Assembly (NCBI GenBank): GCA_964016885.1
Contig: CAXHJY010000883.1
Location: 9,897-73,896, forward strand
Length of the DNA stretch: 64,000 nt
Source: Eledone cirrhosa
Taxonomy: Eukaryota
Reading direction: 5' to 3'
Shown: in pieces, positions 13,390-29,289 of the stretch
Layout of the letters: each line of letters opens with the position of its first letter
How positions within the stretch are numbered: the stretch's first letter is position 1
Translations under genes and position numbers: made by a program
Notes under the pieces: model-generated
What the model saw: only the letters and a program-made list of their open reading frames with translations
The model's database searches: none
What the model was told of the DNA's origin: nothing

Positions 13390-13695
13390 AACAAAAGATG
13401 GTTAAAAGAGTTCCATGTATTTTATTATGCGCATTTCAAAAACAAATATCATCATGCAATAATATTTGTTTTCATCAGATAAAACAGGAAGACATGATAT
13501 GAAGGTTAAAAAACACTTGTGGATAGTTCAGTTTTAAATCACATATTTTTTTGAAATGCGCATAATAAAATACATGGAACTCTTTTAACCATCTTTTGTT
13601 CTTATATATTATGTATACTCCAGTCCTACAAACTGTAGAGTGCTTCTTATCCGATATCTGCATTGCTTTATTGTACCACAATAAAACTCACCTCC

Positions 13696-13699
<4 letters not shown>
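13386..13699. mobile_element. H5-family fold-back element; hammerhead on minus strand at 13420-13484
   Basis: Minus strand ttttat CTGATGA aaacaaatattat..atgatatttgttttt GAAA tgcgca TA ataaaa. 13386-13442 is inverted at 13548-13604. Confidence 0.88.
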
Positions 13700-14275
<576 letters not shown>

Positions 14276-14277
14276 AA

Positions 14278-14329
<52 letters not shown>

Positions 14330-14389
14330 ACACAACAACCAATCTATTTTCGTTCCAGCTCTCTTAACTGTCTCATCCGAAATTGGTTG

Positions 14390-14556
14390 TGGACAGTGGT
14401 GTTGTTGTTGTTGTTTGTGGTGGTGGTGGTGTTGGTCGTGGTGTTGTCGTTGTTATTGTTGGTGGTGGTGATGGTGGGGGATGATGCTGGTGGTAGTGTT
14501 GGTGGTGGGGATAATTGTGGTGGTAGTGTTGGTGGTGGGGATGATGCTGGTGGTGG

Positions 14557-14587
<31 letters not shown>

Positions 14588-14890
14588 GGTGTTGTTGGTG
14601 TCGGTAGTGTTGTCGGAGGTGTTGTTGTTGGTAATGTTGATATTGGTGTTGGTGTTGTTGGCGTTGGTAATGACGATGATAGTGGTGGTAGTGTTGGTGT
14701 TTTTGGTAGTGTTGTTGGTAGTGTTTTTGTTATTGGTGGTGGTGGTGGTGTTGTTGTTGTTGTTGTTATTGGTGTTGTTGTTTTTGTTGTCGGTAATTCC
14801 GGTCGTGTTGCCGTTGGTAGTGTTGTTGTACATGATGCCGTTGTTATTTTGGTTTCTGATAGCGTTCTTGTTGTTGTTGTTGTTGTCGTA
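14390..14890. repeat. (GTT/GGT)n trinucleotide low-complexity tract
   Basis: Direct inspection. Confidence 0.9.
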
Positions 14891-15009
14891 TTTTATCTAT
14901 TGTTTCGGTCCATGACTCGTGATACATTTATTTATTTTATTTATATTGTTATCTGTCACAATTTCCCCTGTAGAAATAGCTCCCATTTAAATTTGAAAAC
15001 GTTACATTA

Positions 15010-15011
<2 letters not shown>

Positions 15012-15061
<50 letters not shown>

Positions 15062-15209
15062 TATATATGCTCACATATATACACGCACATATATATATAT
15101 GCTCACATATATACACGCACATATATATATATGCTCACATATATACATGCACATATATACACTCATATATACACTCATATATACACATATATACTTACAT
15201 ATATATACA

Positions 15210-15255
<46 letters not shown>

Positions 15256-15316
15256 TCACATATATACACGCACATATATACACTCATATACACATATATA
15301 CTTACATATATATACA

Positions 15317-15358
<42 letters not shown>

Positions 15359-15743
15359 CTCTCACACACACATATATATAAGCACACACACATATATATA
15401 TATGCTCACATATATACACGCACATATATACACTCATATATACACATATATACTTACACATATATACAGTGTATATATATATATATACACCTCTCACACA
15501 CACATATATATAAGCACACACACATATATATATATGCTCACATATATACACGCACATATATACACTCATATATACACATATATACTTACATATATATACA
15601 GTGTAAATATATATATATATATACACCTCTCACACACACATATATATAAGCACACACACATATATATATATGCTCACATATATACACGCACATATATACA
15701 CTCATATATACACATATATACTTACATATATATACAGTGTATA

Positions 15744-15799
<56 letters not shown>

Positions 15800-16455
15800 T
15801 ATACTCGGATATATGCACACACATGTGTACACATATATATACTCACACACATGTATACACATCTATATACTCACATATACACACACATATATTCATTCAC
15901 TCATATATACACACACACACCAAATTTTACTTTCTCATCATACACACACATAAACACACATATTCATACATATATACGTACACATATATATATATATACA
16001 CTCACATGTATACAGACATATATACACATATATACTTACATATATATATACACACATACACAAAGACAAAATGTTTCATTCTTATCATACAAAACACATA
16101 TATACATACATATATACGCACCCATATATATACTCACATATATACACTCACATATATACACGCATATACACACACACAAAATGTTACATTCTTATCATAC
16201 ACACACATATATACACGCATATATACGCACCCATATATAGATTCACATATATACACATATATACTTAAATATCTATATATAGACACATACACACACACAA
16301 AACCTTACATTCTTATCATACACACACACATATGTACATACATATATACACACATATGTACATACATATATACACACATATATACACACACATATATACA
16401 CACATATAGACAACCACGTATATACACTCACATTTAGACACACTTATATATACAC

Positions 16456-16487
<32 letters not shown>

Positions 16488-16565
16488 TGACATATACACT
16501 GTCATATAGAACACACTCACATATATACATTCACACATACGCACTCTCATCCTCACACACACACG
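15012..16565. repeat. Compound (CT)n/(TA)n/(CA)n tract with a higher-order unit of about 125-140 bp
   Basis: Recurring block tgctcacatatatacacgcaca...tacttacatatatatacagtg...cacctctcacac...taagcacac. Confidence 0.85.
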
Positions 16566-16609
16566 CAATTGCTGAAACAGACGCTCCTATTAATGACGTA
16601 TTATATTCG

Positions 16610-16712
16610 TTGACCGAGGTTGACTTTGCCTTTCATCCTTACGGGGTCGATAAAATAAAGTACCAGTAATGCACTGGGTAATTGCTGGCCTTGTGCCTAA
16701 AATAGAAACAAT
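16610..16712 (+). mobile_element. 5'-truncated SINE copy
   Basis: Core gaggttgactttgcctttcatccttacggggtcgataaaataaagtaccag. Shares an internal deletion with 61254-61360. Confidence 0.8.
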
Positions 16713-16834
16713 TATATTCGTTTTTTCCCGTTCTTTGCCAGCGAACGTTTCCACGAACCAAAGTATCGTCTTCCTGTCTTCCTCCGGTTGCAACGTTTTT
16801 TGAAATATCCACTTCTGCGTTTACAGATTGACTT

Positions 16835-16908
16835 TGTTAGTTTCAGAAGATCCCGTTAAGGGTGAAAGCAGCGATTCTTTGCTTAAACTTTAATCTGTTA
16901 TTTTAATA
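16835..16908. repeat. About 70 bp dispersed repeat with an inverted copy at 57832-57903
   Basis: tgttagtttcagaagatcccgttaagggtgaaagcagcgattctttgcttaaactttaatctgttattttaat is identical in reverse complement. Both copies abut (TA)n. Confidence 0.85.
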
Positions 16909-16920
16909 AATATATATATT

Positions 16921-17064
<144 letters not shown>

Positions 17065-17084
17065 GTATATATATATGTATGTAA

Positions 17085-17128
<44 letters not shown>

Positions 17129-17162
17129 GTGTATATATATATGTATGTAAATATATATATAA

Positions 17163-17197
<35 letters not shown>

Positions 17198-17204
17198 TAT
17201 ATGT

Positions 17205-17567
17205 ATACAATATTAAATAAATGGAAAACTATATTTATAAAACCATATTTATTTCATTATATATATTTCGGGGATATCATATTAACAATATGCTATGCCT
17301 TCATCAGACAAAATACAATATAAACAGTTTTATAGATAAATATATTCGACATACCGTAATAAACATCAACTTCATTTGAAGAGGTTTACTCTAGCAGTGA
17401 AAATATGATATCCCCGAAATATATATAATGAAATAAATATGGTTTTATAAATATAGTTTTCCATTTATTTAATATTGTAAATATACTCCAAATATTTGTC
17501 GAGTGCTTTTATATCAGTTATAAATATTTACTAGTTGTAACCCAACAATTTTAAATATAACTTTACA
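17205..17567. mobile_element. H4-family fold-back element; hammerhead on minus strand at 17250-17315
   Basis: Minus strand tattttgt CTGATGA aggcatagcatatt..aatatgatatcccc GAAA tatata TA atgaaata. 17205-17284 is inverted at 17402-17479. Confidence 0.85.
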
Positions 17568-17635
17568 TATATATATGTATATATATATATATGTATATAT
17601 ATATGTATGTAAATATATATATATATATATGTATG

Positions 17636-17666
<31 letters not shown>

Positions 17667-17717
17667 ATATATATAAGAGGGTGTTAAAGTTTGCTTGAAG
17701 CATTGTGAAATATTTAT

Positions 17718-17827
<110 letters not shown>

Positions 17828-17878
17828 GTATATATATATATACATATTGAGAAGGCGTATGTCCTCATAGCGCCTCAT

Positions 17879-18604
17879 ATGGCGATGCTAAGCCGTGTCC
17901 TCAGGGAGGAGAAAACCGAAGGGAGGGATGAGGGGAAGGAGAGGGAAAAGGAAAAGGAAAAAGAAAAAGTAAAGGAGAGCACAAGCACGGACCTGAAAGA
18001 AAATGATATACCCTCCGCTACAGGCAGGGAGGGCAGGCCGGGCAACCAACAAGCTAAGGGCAAAGGTGAAAAGCGAAATCACCTTCCGAAGGAGAACCAA
18101 GCGCAGAGGGACCAGTGGACAGCTGTTCAAAGAAAGAACAGAAAGCACCGAGACACTGGGAGCAAAAAACCCCAAGTAATGTGCAAGTTTTTCAAGAACG
18201 GGACATGCTGGCATGGAGAGACAGGGATGGGATGCAGATTCGCCCACCCTAGGTCTCAAACGAACTATGCCCATCATACTCGCGCAACATGCCCCAGTCT
18301 AAGCCGAAATAAGCCGCTCCAGAAGTATGCTGATGTCGCGCGTGCCGCACCAACAAGGAGAAGGCACGCACATGCCGACGAGATACAGATGGCAGCAGCA
18401 GATCAGAAAAATTTTTTAGTGATGGCAGAGAAGATTGTGGGACAGCTGACCTGGCTGCATCGTCTCCAGAGCCAGGGTCATCCACACCAGCACTCGAGAC
18501 CACCGCAGTTAAGGGACCCAGAGTGGCCGCCGCTGACACCAGACCAGGTGTCATACCGACAGCCATTACTGGCACCCCAAAAGTCACACCAGTGCTGCTG
18601 CTGA
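17879..18604 (+). CDS. LINE ORF1 with CCCH-type zinc finger (possibly 5'-truncated)
   Basis: Basic, charged N-terminus and [23 protein letters not shown]. Overlaps the ORF2 frame. Confidence 0.7.
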   Translation: MAMLSRVLREEKTEGRDEGKEREKEKEKEKVKESTSTDLKENDIPSATGREGRPGNQQAKGKGEKRNHLPKENQAQRDQWTAVQRKNRKHRDTGSKKPQVMCKFFKNGTCWHGETGMGCRFAHPRSQTNYAHHTRATCPSLSRNKPLQKYADVARAAPTRRRHAHADEIQMAAADQKNFLVMAEKIVGQLTWLHRLQSQGHPHQHSRPPQLRDPEWPPLTPDQVSYRQPLLAPQKSHQCCC

Positions 18605-21564
18605 ATGTCAGGGGCCTGGTGAAACTCAGCAACATGAGTAAAATTTCCTACCTGGGAGACTTAGCCATAAGCAATCAAGCACTATGCATGGCACTAACCG
18701 AAACGCACCTGACAAGCAGTATAGCAGATGCAGAAATACATATACCGAAATATACTGTATTTCGTTCGGACAGGAAGGAGAGAACTCATGGTGGGGTTGC
18801 TCTGTATATCCGTGAAGATGTCACACCAATTGTACTGTTGACACATTCAAACTCAGTCTGTGACACACTGATAATACATATGAAGCAACTACAGACGGTA
18901 ATATGTGTCACATATCGGCCGCCCGATGCCCCCAGTCATGAGGGTAAATTTGAGGATAGCCTAAGTAGGATAGAAGAGGTCCTTGACAAACTGGACCAGG
19001 GTCTCAACATCCTACTGCTGGGAGACTTCAACCTACCAAAGGTCAAATGGCCTGAGGGCCACCTCCTCCCTGGAATGACGTCAATGGAACAGAGACAGAC
19101 GGAATCCCTGCTGGCCCTCACACACAGGCTGTTCATGGAGCAAGCAATACTCCTCCCAACAAGAGGCGAAAATGTCCTGGACCTCTGTTTTACAAACAAC
19201 GAAGTGCTCATCCACAATGTAAAGGTGACACCAACAATTCTCTCGGATCATAACTTGGTAGAGCTAATGATATGTGGTCCAAGAGAACCAACAGAGACAA
19301 AACCACTAAGAAGCTCCGGGACGCTATCCAGCCTTAACTTCTACGGGGCTGACTGGAAGAAGATTAAGAGTGAAATCGGGAAGCAAACATGGAGTGCAAA
19401 CATCGCCACACAAGACACTAACACACAATTTCAACACTTCATGACAACGATACACACCATATGCAAAAAGTGTGTCCCGGAGAAAGAGGCAAACAGACAC
19501 AAAAATCTTATTCCCAGAGATAGGAAAATCCTTATGAGACGTAGAACTAAACTCTCAAACCAGTTGAATAGTCAACAAAACCAAAACAAGAAGGAATCCT
19601 ATTTGAAACGTGCACTACTTGACACCGAGATTGCACTCAAGCTTTCACATGAGAATGAGAGGGCAAGGAAAGAGAACAGGGCCATAGAAAACATTAAAAC
19701 AAACCCTAAGGCCTTCTTTAAATTTGCAAAAGAAACTGCCTCAGTACACTGCAAGATTGGACCACTCTTCCACACGGACGGTTCATTAACCGAAAATCCC
19801 CAAGAGATATGTGAAATACTGAACGAACAGTACAAAAGTGTCTTCACATGTCCACTGAGGCACATGCAAATAACGAAGCCAGAGGAGTTCTTTGATGCCA
19901 CAACACTACATCAAGAAATGGCAACCATCAACCACATAGACATAACGGAGGAGGATGTGGTGTACGCCATTGATGAAATTAGAACAGACTCGGCTGCTGG
20001 ACCTGATGGATTCCCAGCAGTTCTCCTAAAAATATGTAAGCGGGCCTTAGCAACTCCACTGAAGATGCTCTTCAGAAGCTCCTTGGCTAGCGGTGTACTA
20101 CCAAGGGAGCTGAAAGAAGGCACAATATGCCCTATCCATAAAGGAGGTAGTAGAGCGGAGGCCAAGAACTATAGGCCAGTCTCCCTGACGTCGCATATCA
20201 GTAAGATCATGGAGCGAGTCGTCAGAAAGAAACTAATCACTTTCCTCGAAGAAAATGACCGCCTGACTAGCACGCAACATGGCTTCCGCCCAGGAAGAAG
20301 CTGCCTTACACAGCTGCTACATCACTACGACTGGGTACTGAGACAACTACTAGACAGCTCACATGTAGACGTGATATATCTTGACTTTGCGAAGGCCTTT
20401 GACAAGGTCGACCACGGAATGATATGTCACAAACTACACGGACTCGGCATAACTGGAAAAGTAGGTGAGTGGCTGCATGGCTTCCTAAGGGACAGGAGCC
20501 AGGCAGTCGCAGCAAATGGGGCCCTCTCGAGGGAAACACCGATAACAAGTGGGGTGCCTCAGGGGACAGTCCTGGGACCACTACTGTTTTTGGTGGCTCT
20601 CTCGGACATGCCCTCTGTGGTGCATGCAACAACATCCCTCACTAGCTATGCTCATGACACTAAGGTAGCACAGGCAATCAAAAACCCGGCTGACGCTGCC
20701 CTCTTACAGCAGGATCTGGATGCCATATACAGATGGGCGGAAGAAAACAACATGCAGTTTAATGCTGGCAAATTCCAAGCCCTACAATACAAACCTGCAA
20801 ACACAAACACAAATATAGCGGAACACAGCTACACAGGACCAGGGGGGACCGATATCCCCGTGTCAAAATCGATACGAGACCTGGGCATAGACATGAGCGA
20901 TGATGCATCTTTTTCTTCACACATCATGAAGGTGGCGACAGCATGTAGACGATACGCTGGCTGGATCTTGAGGACTTTCCTTACAAGAGATCGAGACACC
21001 ATGTTGACACTGTGGAGGACTTTTGTGCTAAGCCGCCTGGACTACTGCTCCCAGCTGTGGTCACCCCATAGTGTCAAACTAACCACGGGGCTTGAGGCAA
21101 TCCAGCGAAGCTACACCAAGAGGATTGCCAAGATGAGGGAGACAAGCTACTGGGAGAGGCTGAAGGAACTGAACCTCTACTCCTTGGAGCGAAGACGGGA
21201 GAGATACGCAGTGATCTACATGTGGAAAATCCTGGAGGGACTAGCACCAAACTTTGGCATTGGGAGCTGGACCAACCGTCGAACAGGACGTCACTGTGTG
21301 GTGCCAAAGGTCCCGTCTTCCACACCTAGAATAAGGAGCAGATATTGCAATAGCCTGGGATTCAAGGGCCCTCAACTCTTCAACAGGCTGCCGAGGCATC
21401 TGCGAGACTTGCATGGCGTGGAGGTGGATGTCTTTAAGAAACATCTCGACACCTTGTTATCCAGGATCCCGGATGAGCCCACAGCAAGACACGAGGGAAA
21501 CCTAAGGGCTGCAGCAACAAACTCCCTCCTACACCAGTGGCCAACCTATACAGGCTGGAGATAA
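18523..21564 (+). CDS. LINE ORF2: APE endonuclease plus reverse transcriptase (catalytic YADD reads YAHD)
   Basis: NVRGL, LTETHL, GGVALY, YRPP, GDFN, LDL, SDH (APE). [40 protein letters not shown] (RT). 1013 codons uninterrupted. Start codon uncertain. Confidence 0.95.
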   Translation: MAAADTRPGVIPTAITGTPKVTPVLLLNVRGLVKLSNMSKISYLGDLAISNQALCMALTETHLTSSIADAEIHIPKYTVFRSDRKERTHGGVALYIREDVTPIVLLTHSNSVCDTLIIHMKQLQTVICVTYRPPDAPSHEGKFEDSLSRIEEVLDKLDQGLNILLLGDFNLPKVKWPEGHLLPGMTSMEQRQTESLLALTHRLFMEQAILLPTRGENVLDLCFTNNEVLIHNVKVTPTILSDHNLVELMICGPREPTETKPLRSSGTLSSLNFYGADWKKIKSEIGKQTWSANIATQDTNTQFQHFMTTIHTICKKCVPEKEANRHKNLIPRDRKILMRRRTKLSNQLNSQQNQNKKESYLKRALLDTEIALKLSHENERARKENRAIENIKTNPKAFFKFAKETASVHCKIGPLFHTDGSLTENPQEICEILNEQYKSVFTCPLRHMQITKPEEFFDATTLHQEMATINHIDITEEDVVYAIDEIRTDSAAGPDGFPAVLLKICKRALATPLKMLFRSSLASGVLPRELKEGTICPIHKGGSRAEAKNYRPVSLTSHISKIMERVVRKKLITFLEENDRLTSTQHGFRPGRSCLTQLLHHYDWVLRQLLDSSHVDVIYLDFAKAFDKVDHGMICHKLHGLGITGKVGEWLHGFLRDRSQAVAANGALSRETPITSGVPQGTVLGPLLFLVALSDMPSVVHATTSLTSYAHDTKVAQAIKNPADAALLQQDLDAIYRWAEENNMQFNAGKFQALQYKPANTNTNIAEHSYTGPGGTDIPVSKSIRDLGIDMSDDASFSSHIMKVATACRRYAGWILRTFLTRDRDTMLTLWRTFVLSRLDYCSQLWSPHSVKLTTGLEAIQRSYTKRIAKMRETSYWERLKELNLYSLERRRERYAVIYMWKILEGLAPNFGIGSWTNRRTGRHCVVPKVPSSTPRIRSRYCNSLGFKGPQLFNRLPRHLRDLHGVEVDVFKKHLDTLLSRIPDEPTARHEGNLRAAATNSLLHQWPTYTGWR

Positions 21565-21639
21565 AATGTGTAGCAACAAGGGCGGTGCCTCAGCATGGCC
21601 TCAGCCGGATGGCTGAAACAGGTAAAAGAGTAAAAGAGT

Positions 21640-23956
<2,317 letters not shown>

Positions 23957-23983
23957 ATATTCACCTTAAGGTTCACCTTACAT

Positions 23984-24409
23984 ATGATACACTGTACCAA
24001 TAGGAAATGTATCATATGTAAGGTGAACCCCCGGATAAACTGTAAAACTAGAAACGTAGTCTATAGCATAAGATGTACAGAGGGTACTTGCAGAAACATG
24101 ACAACAACATACATAGGTGAGATAGCTCGTAGCATAGGTGAAAGGATAGACCAACACTGGGGGGAACTAAAAGGACGAAAAAACTCGTCAGTACTATACG
24201 AACATGCTAGACAACAACATGACGGTAACATAGACAACATAGAAATTAGAATAATATCTAAACATAGGAATGACCCAGCAGATAGTCAAATCAGAGAGGC
24301 CAGTGAAATAGAAATTAGAAGACCAAAGCTAAACAGAAAGAATGAGTGGAACAACAACAACACCCAAACAAACAACACTGACCTGAGAGAAGTATTAATA
24401 AGTAAATAA
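23984..24409 (+). pseudogene. Penelope-like GIY-YIG endonuclease domain (3' end of ORF)
   Basis: C-x4-C-x2-C..CKTRNVVYSIRC..TYIGEIARSIGERIDQH..LYEH..QIREASEI..PKLNRKNEW. Confidence 0.88.
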
Positions 24410-24930
24410 AATAAAATAAAATAAGATAAATAAATACATACACAAGTACAATAACAACAAGCACATAAACACACACTAGTCACCCAGCAGACACAACACT
24501 ATATACACTAGTCACACAGCACACATAACACTATACACACACACAAACGCATGCGCAAAGAAGACAAAATAAAATAAAATAAACAAACAAGCAAATAAAT
24601 AAATAAATATATAGACAGACTGAATAAAAAAATGGCGTAGACATACAACACAACAGGAGGAACAAAGAATATAACACCATTGACGATGTTGCAGATGTGC
24701 AACGAAAGATTTATGTAAATTATGTAAACTATATATATGTGTTTGTGTCTATATTGTATCTGTATTATTTTTGACCGTCGGTCAGTCAATGGCAACATTG
24801 AGGACCGAGTAAGTTAGATCGCAGATATAAAAGACAGCGAGAAGCGAAAACCAACCAAACAGTGAGTGTGTTCTGTTATTAATTCTGGCAATATTACGCA
24901 AATATGACCCTCCCCAAGTATAACAATATA
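24410..24930 (+). mobile_element. PLE pseudo-LTR (divergent H3 relative) with a degenerate hammerhead at 24677-24716
   Basis: ca TTGACGA t-gttgca-gatg-tgcaac GAAA gatt TA tg. Terminal atgaccctccc-aagtataacaatat is shared with H3. Confidence 0.7.
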
Positions 24931-24956
24931 TATACATATATATATACATATATATA

Positions 24957-25052
<96 letters not shown>

Positions 25053-25053
25053 C

Positions 25054-25089
<36 letters not shown>

Positions 25090-25107
25090 TCATATATATA
25101 TACATAC

Positions 25108-25145
<38 letters not shown>

Positions 25146-25148
<3 letters not shown>

Positions 25149-25339
25149 GGAACCAGTAAGACCCCGACAGCTGAGCTCAAGCCGTTTCGACGGCTAATTC
25201 ATAATCAGAATTAGCCGTCGAAACGGCTTGAGCTCAGCTGTCGGGGTCTTACTGGTTCCTATTACCCACTCTACTACCTCAAGTATTGAGTACTTTGGTG
25301 CGTTATGGTCCACCTGGTTCCTTACCACATTTCCTTCGT

Positions 25340-25341
<2 letters not shown>
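25146..25341 (+). mobile_element. H2-family fold-back fragment
   Basis: 25146-25200 is perfectly inverted at 25208-25262, followed by the H2 3' end ccttcgtt-(AT)n. Confidence 0.88.
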
Positions 25342-25383
<42 letters not shown>

Positions 25384-25393
25384 AATATGTATA

Positions 25394-25445
<52 letters not shown>

Positions 25446-25449
25446 CATA

Positions 25450-25997
25450 TATAATATATTTCGTTCCTGAATTTGTTTAGCAAGATTCTTTATCTTAAAA
25501 CGTGTGTTGAAACCGATATGGTTATACGTTGGGTGGGTCATGTTGCCAATAAGAAACACACGCACCAGTGGTTTTCACTCCAATTTATTATAAATTAAAT
25601 TATAAATTTAAAAATATATACATTTCCGGTTGTTCATATATTGTCAAAGTTCTTTCGTCACACATTCTGTGACCTCTTCAGTGACTGGGGATTCTTTTCT
25701 TTGTTTTGTGCCTCTCCTATGTTCTGTCCTACGCCATGTTGTTGTTGTGTGTGTTGTGTGCTTAGTTTGCGCATGTGTTACATCCGTGTGTCTGTATGTG
25801 TTTTTATTTGTTTATTTATTTGTTTATTTACATGTTACTGGATGGTTGTTTGTTCTATGTGTGTGTGTGTTTTCATTTTGTCCTTAATTATAAGTTGTGA
25901 TGTTGCTACTCCATTAATGTTTTCTATTTAATTTCGGTTGGAGTTCATTCATGTTTATTGCCTCTGTGATTCGTCTAAACATTGCGTCTTTTCTGTA
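25450..25997 (-). mobile_element. PLE 3' end: last GIY-YIG codons plus H3 pseudo-LTR; hammerhead at 25643-25685
   Basis: Minus strand [26 protein letters not shown]. gtca CTGAAGA g-gtcac-agaatgt-gtgac GAAA gaac TT tgac. Confidence 0.85.
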
Positions 25998-26009
25998 TAT
26001 ATATGTATA

Positions 26010-26123
<114 letters not shown>

Positions 26124-26148
26124 TATACATATATATATATATATATAC

Positions 26149-26245
<97 letters not shown>

Positions 26246-26286
26246 TATACATATATATATATATATATAAATATATATATATATAC

Positions 26287-26319
<33 letters not shown>

Positions 26320-26320
26320 C

Positions 26321-26399
<79 letters not shown>

Positions 26400-26400
26400 C

Positions 26401-26433
<33 letters not shown>

Positions 26434-26454
26434 CATATATATACATATATATAC

Positions 26455-26554
<100 letters not shown>

Positions 26555-26596
26555 ACATATATATACATATATATATATATATATACATATATTTAT

Positions 26597-26647
<51 letters not shown>

Positions 26648-26649
<2 letters not shown>

Positions 26650-27045
26650 TTGGTAAACGGAATAGAAAATGCTGACAAATTGTTCACAGTTGAAAAATGG
26701 TTTAATTAGGAATAAAAGAGTATTAGTAATTGTATGGGTTAGTATTCAGTTGTGGTTTTAAGTTTTTAAGTTTTACCGGTTGCGCATTTCTAAATGCTTT
26801 TCAAAAATAATTTTGAGATAGAGTGTCCGTGCTGTTTGCTCTGATCTGAGCAAACAGCACGGACACTCTATCTCAAAATTATTTTTGAAAAGCATTTAGA
26901 AATGCGCAACCGGTAAAAACTTAAAACTTAAAACCACAACTGAATACTAACCCATACAATCACTAATACTCTTTTATTCCTAATTAAACCATTTTTCAAC
27001 TGTGAACAATTTGTCAGCATTTTCTATTCCGTTTACCAATATATA
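26648..27045. repeat. Near-perfect palindrome (about 195 bp arms, 6 nt spacer at 26842-26847) of an H6-related element
   Basis: Arms differ at only a few positions. Each contains TTGAAAA gcatt..aatgc GCAA ccgg TA. Confidence 0.92.
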
Positions 27046-27074
27046 ATAACTTGTGTGTTACACCTCTATTCTTT

Positions 27075-27128
<54 letters not shown>

Positions 27129-27139
27129 TATATATATAT

Positions 27140-27184
<45 letters not shown>

Positions 27185-27219
27185 TATATATATATATATA
27201 CACATATATATATATATAT

Positions 27220-27370
<151 letters not shown>

Positions 27371-27459
27371 TATATATATACATATATATACATATACATA
27401 TATATATATATACATATATATATACACATATATATATATATATATATACATATATATAT

Positions 27460-27518
<59 letters not shown>

Positions 27519-27523
27519 TATAT

Positions 27524-27594
<71 letters not shown>

Positions 27595-27876
27595 TATACA
27601 TATATATGAGTGTGTGAGAGAGAGAGAGACAGACAGAGAGTGTGCCCCTTTGTTTAAATGCAAATAAAACAACGATGCGTTCCTACTTAACCGGACGCGT
27701 TCAGGAAGAACGCATCAGGTTTATATTGATTTACATTTGAAAAGAGAGTAGTAACCCCGAAACATAAGGAGGAAATATACTAGATAAAAAAAACATTATT
27801 TTCTTTTGCTTTATTTGTCATCGTTTGCTCTTTATACTTTTCCACTGCATTGTACTTCCTTTCTGAAGTTCTCATC

Positions 27877-27913
<37 letters not shown>

Positions 27914-28092
27914 TATAAATATCGAAGTTCTCATCTATTATATATATATATATATAGGTATAAATATCGAAGTTGTAACAGATGCCATTGTCATTATATT
28001 ACCATCCTTTGCCCTTTATGTATTTCTAATGCATTGTACCGGCTTTCTAAATTTCTTATCAGCTATATGATATATCTCACAATATTTCATTT

Positions 28093-28147
<55 letters not shown>

Positions 28148-28151
28148 ATTT

Positions 28152-28231
<80 letters not shown>

Positions 28232-28522
28232 CAGTCTCCTTCTCAACAAAGAAGATGAAAAACTTACCTCAATACTTAATTTTAAATCTCTAATTTTTAG
28301 TTTTTAATTCTTATTAATTCTTTTTATTTCAATACTCAACATTTGATGAGATGAATTTAAATAATACATCAAAGCCGGTTATATTTTATATACTCCATAA
28401 ACTCTTTTCTTTTAAAGAATTGTCCCTCTCATTTATTCAATAATGTCACTTTGACAAATCAATAAAAGGAACAAAAAGAAAAACAGGCCCTTAAATATAT
28501 TTTCAGTGTTATTTCCAATTTC

Positions 28523-28652
<130 letters not shown>

Positions 28653-28748
28653 ACAACCACCCATAGTTTGTGGTCCCTATGGTGGATGGTGGGCCGGATC
28701 CTCTACTGGTTAGGAGTCATCAAAACCACGTTTTATTGAACCTGATTT

Positions 28749-28779
<31 letters not shown>

Positions 28780-29289
28780 TATATATTTTTTTTATGTGTT
28801 TATGTATGTGTATTTTATATATATGTATATATATATATGTGTGTATTTTATATATGTATGTATATATATATGTATTTTATATATATATATATGTATGTAT
28901 ATTTTATATGTATATATATTTTATATATATATGTATTATATATATATATATATGTATGTATATTTTATATGTATATATATTATATATGTATATATATTTT
29001 AGATATATATATGTATTTTATATATATATATTTTATATATATATTTATTTTATATATAGATGTATTTTATATGTATATATGTATTTTATATATATATATA
29101 TACTTGTGCGTACATATATATATATACACACCTGTATGGATTTGTGTGTGTAGATGTGTGTGTGTCTGAGGGGGTAGGTGTAAGTGTATGTACAAGTCAA
29201 CTAACATAAGCCTTTTATTTCTAAATTTTCAAGTATTTGACTCTAACCATTATTTTAATTATTACCACTTCACATGAATTCCTTAATTT

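Larger units (their letters stand above)
17846..21639 (+). mobile_element. Near full-length CR1-group LINE inserted in (TA)n
   Basis: GC-richer 3.8 kb block with ORF1 and ORF2, 3' hairpin tcagcc-ggat-ggctga and a (GTAAAAGA)2 tail. The 5' end is probably truncated. Confidence 0.92.

Noticed and set aside
27730-28390. Degenerate hammerhead-like strings (TTGAAAA..GAAA at 27737; TTGATGA gatg..catc AAAG ccgg at 28343)
   Set aside because: Multiple core or stem defects. Cannot be separated from chance without a family consensus.
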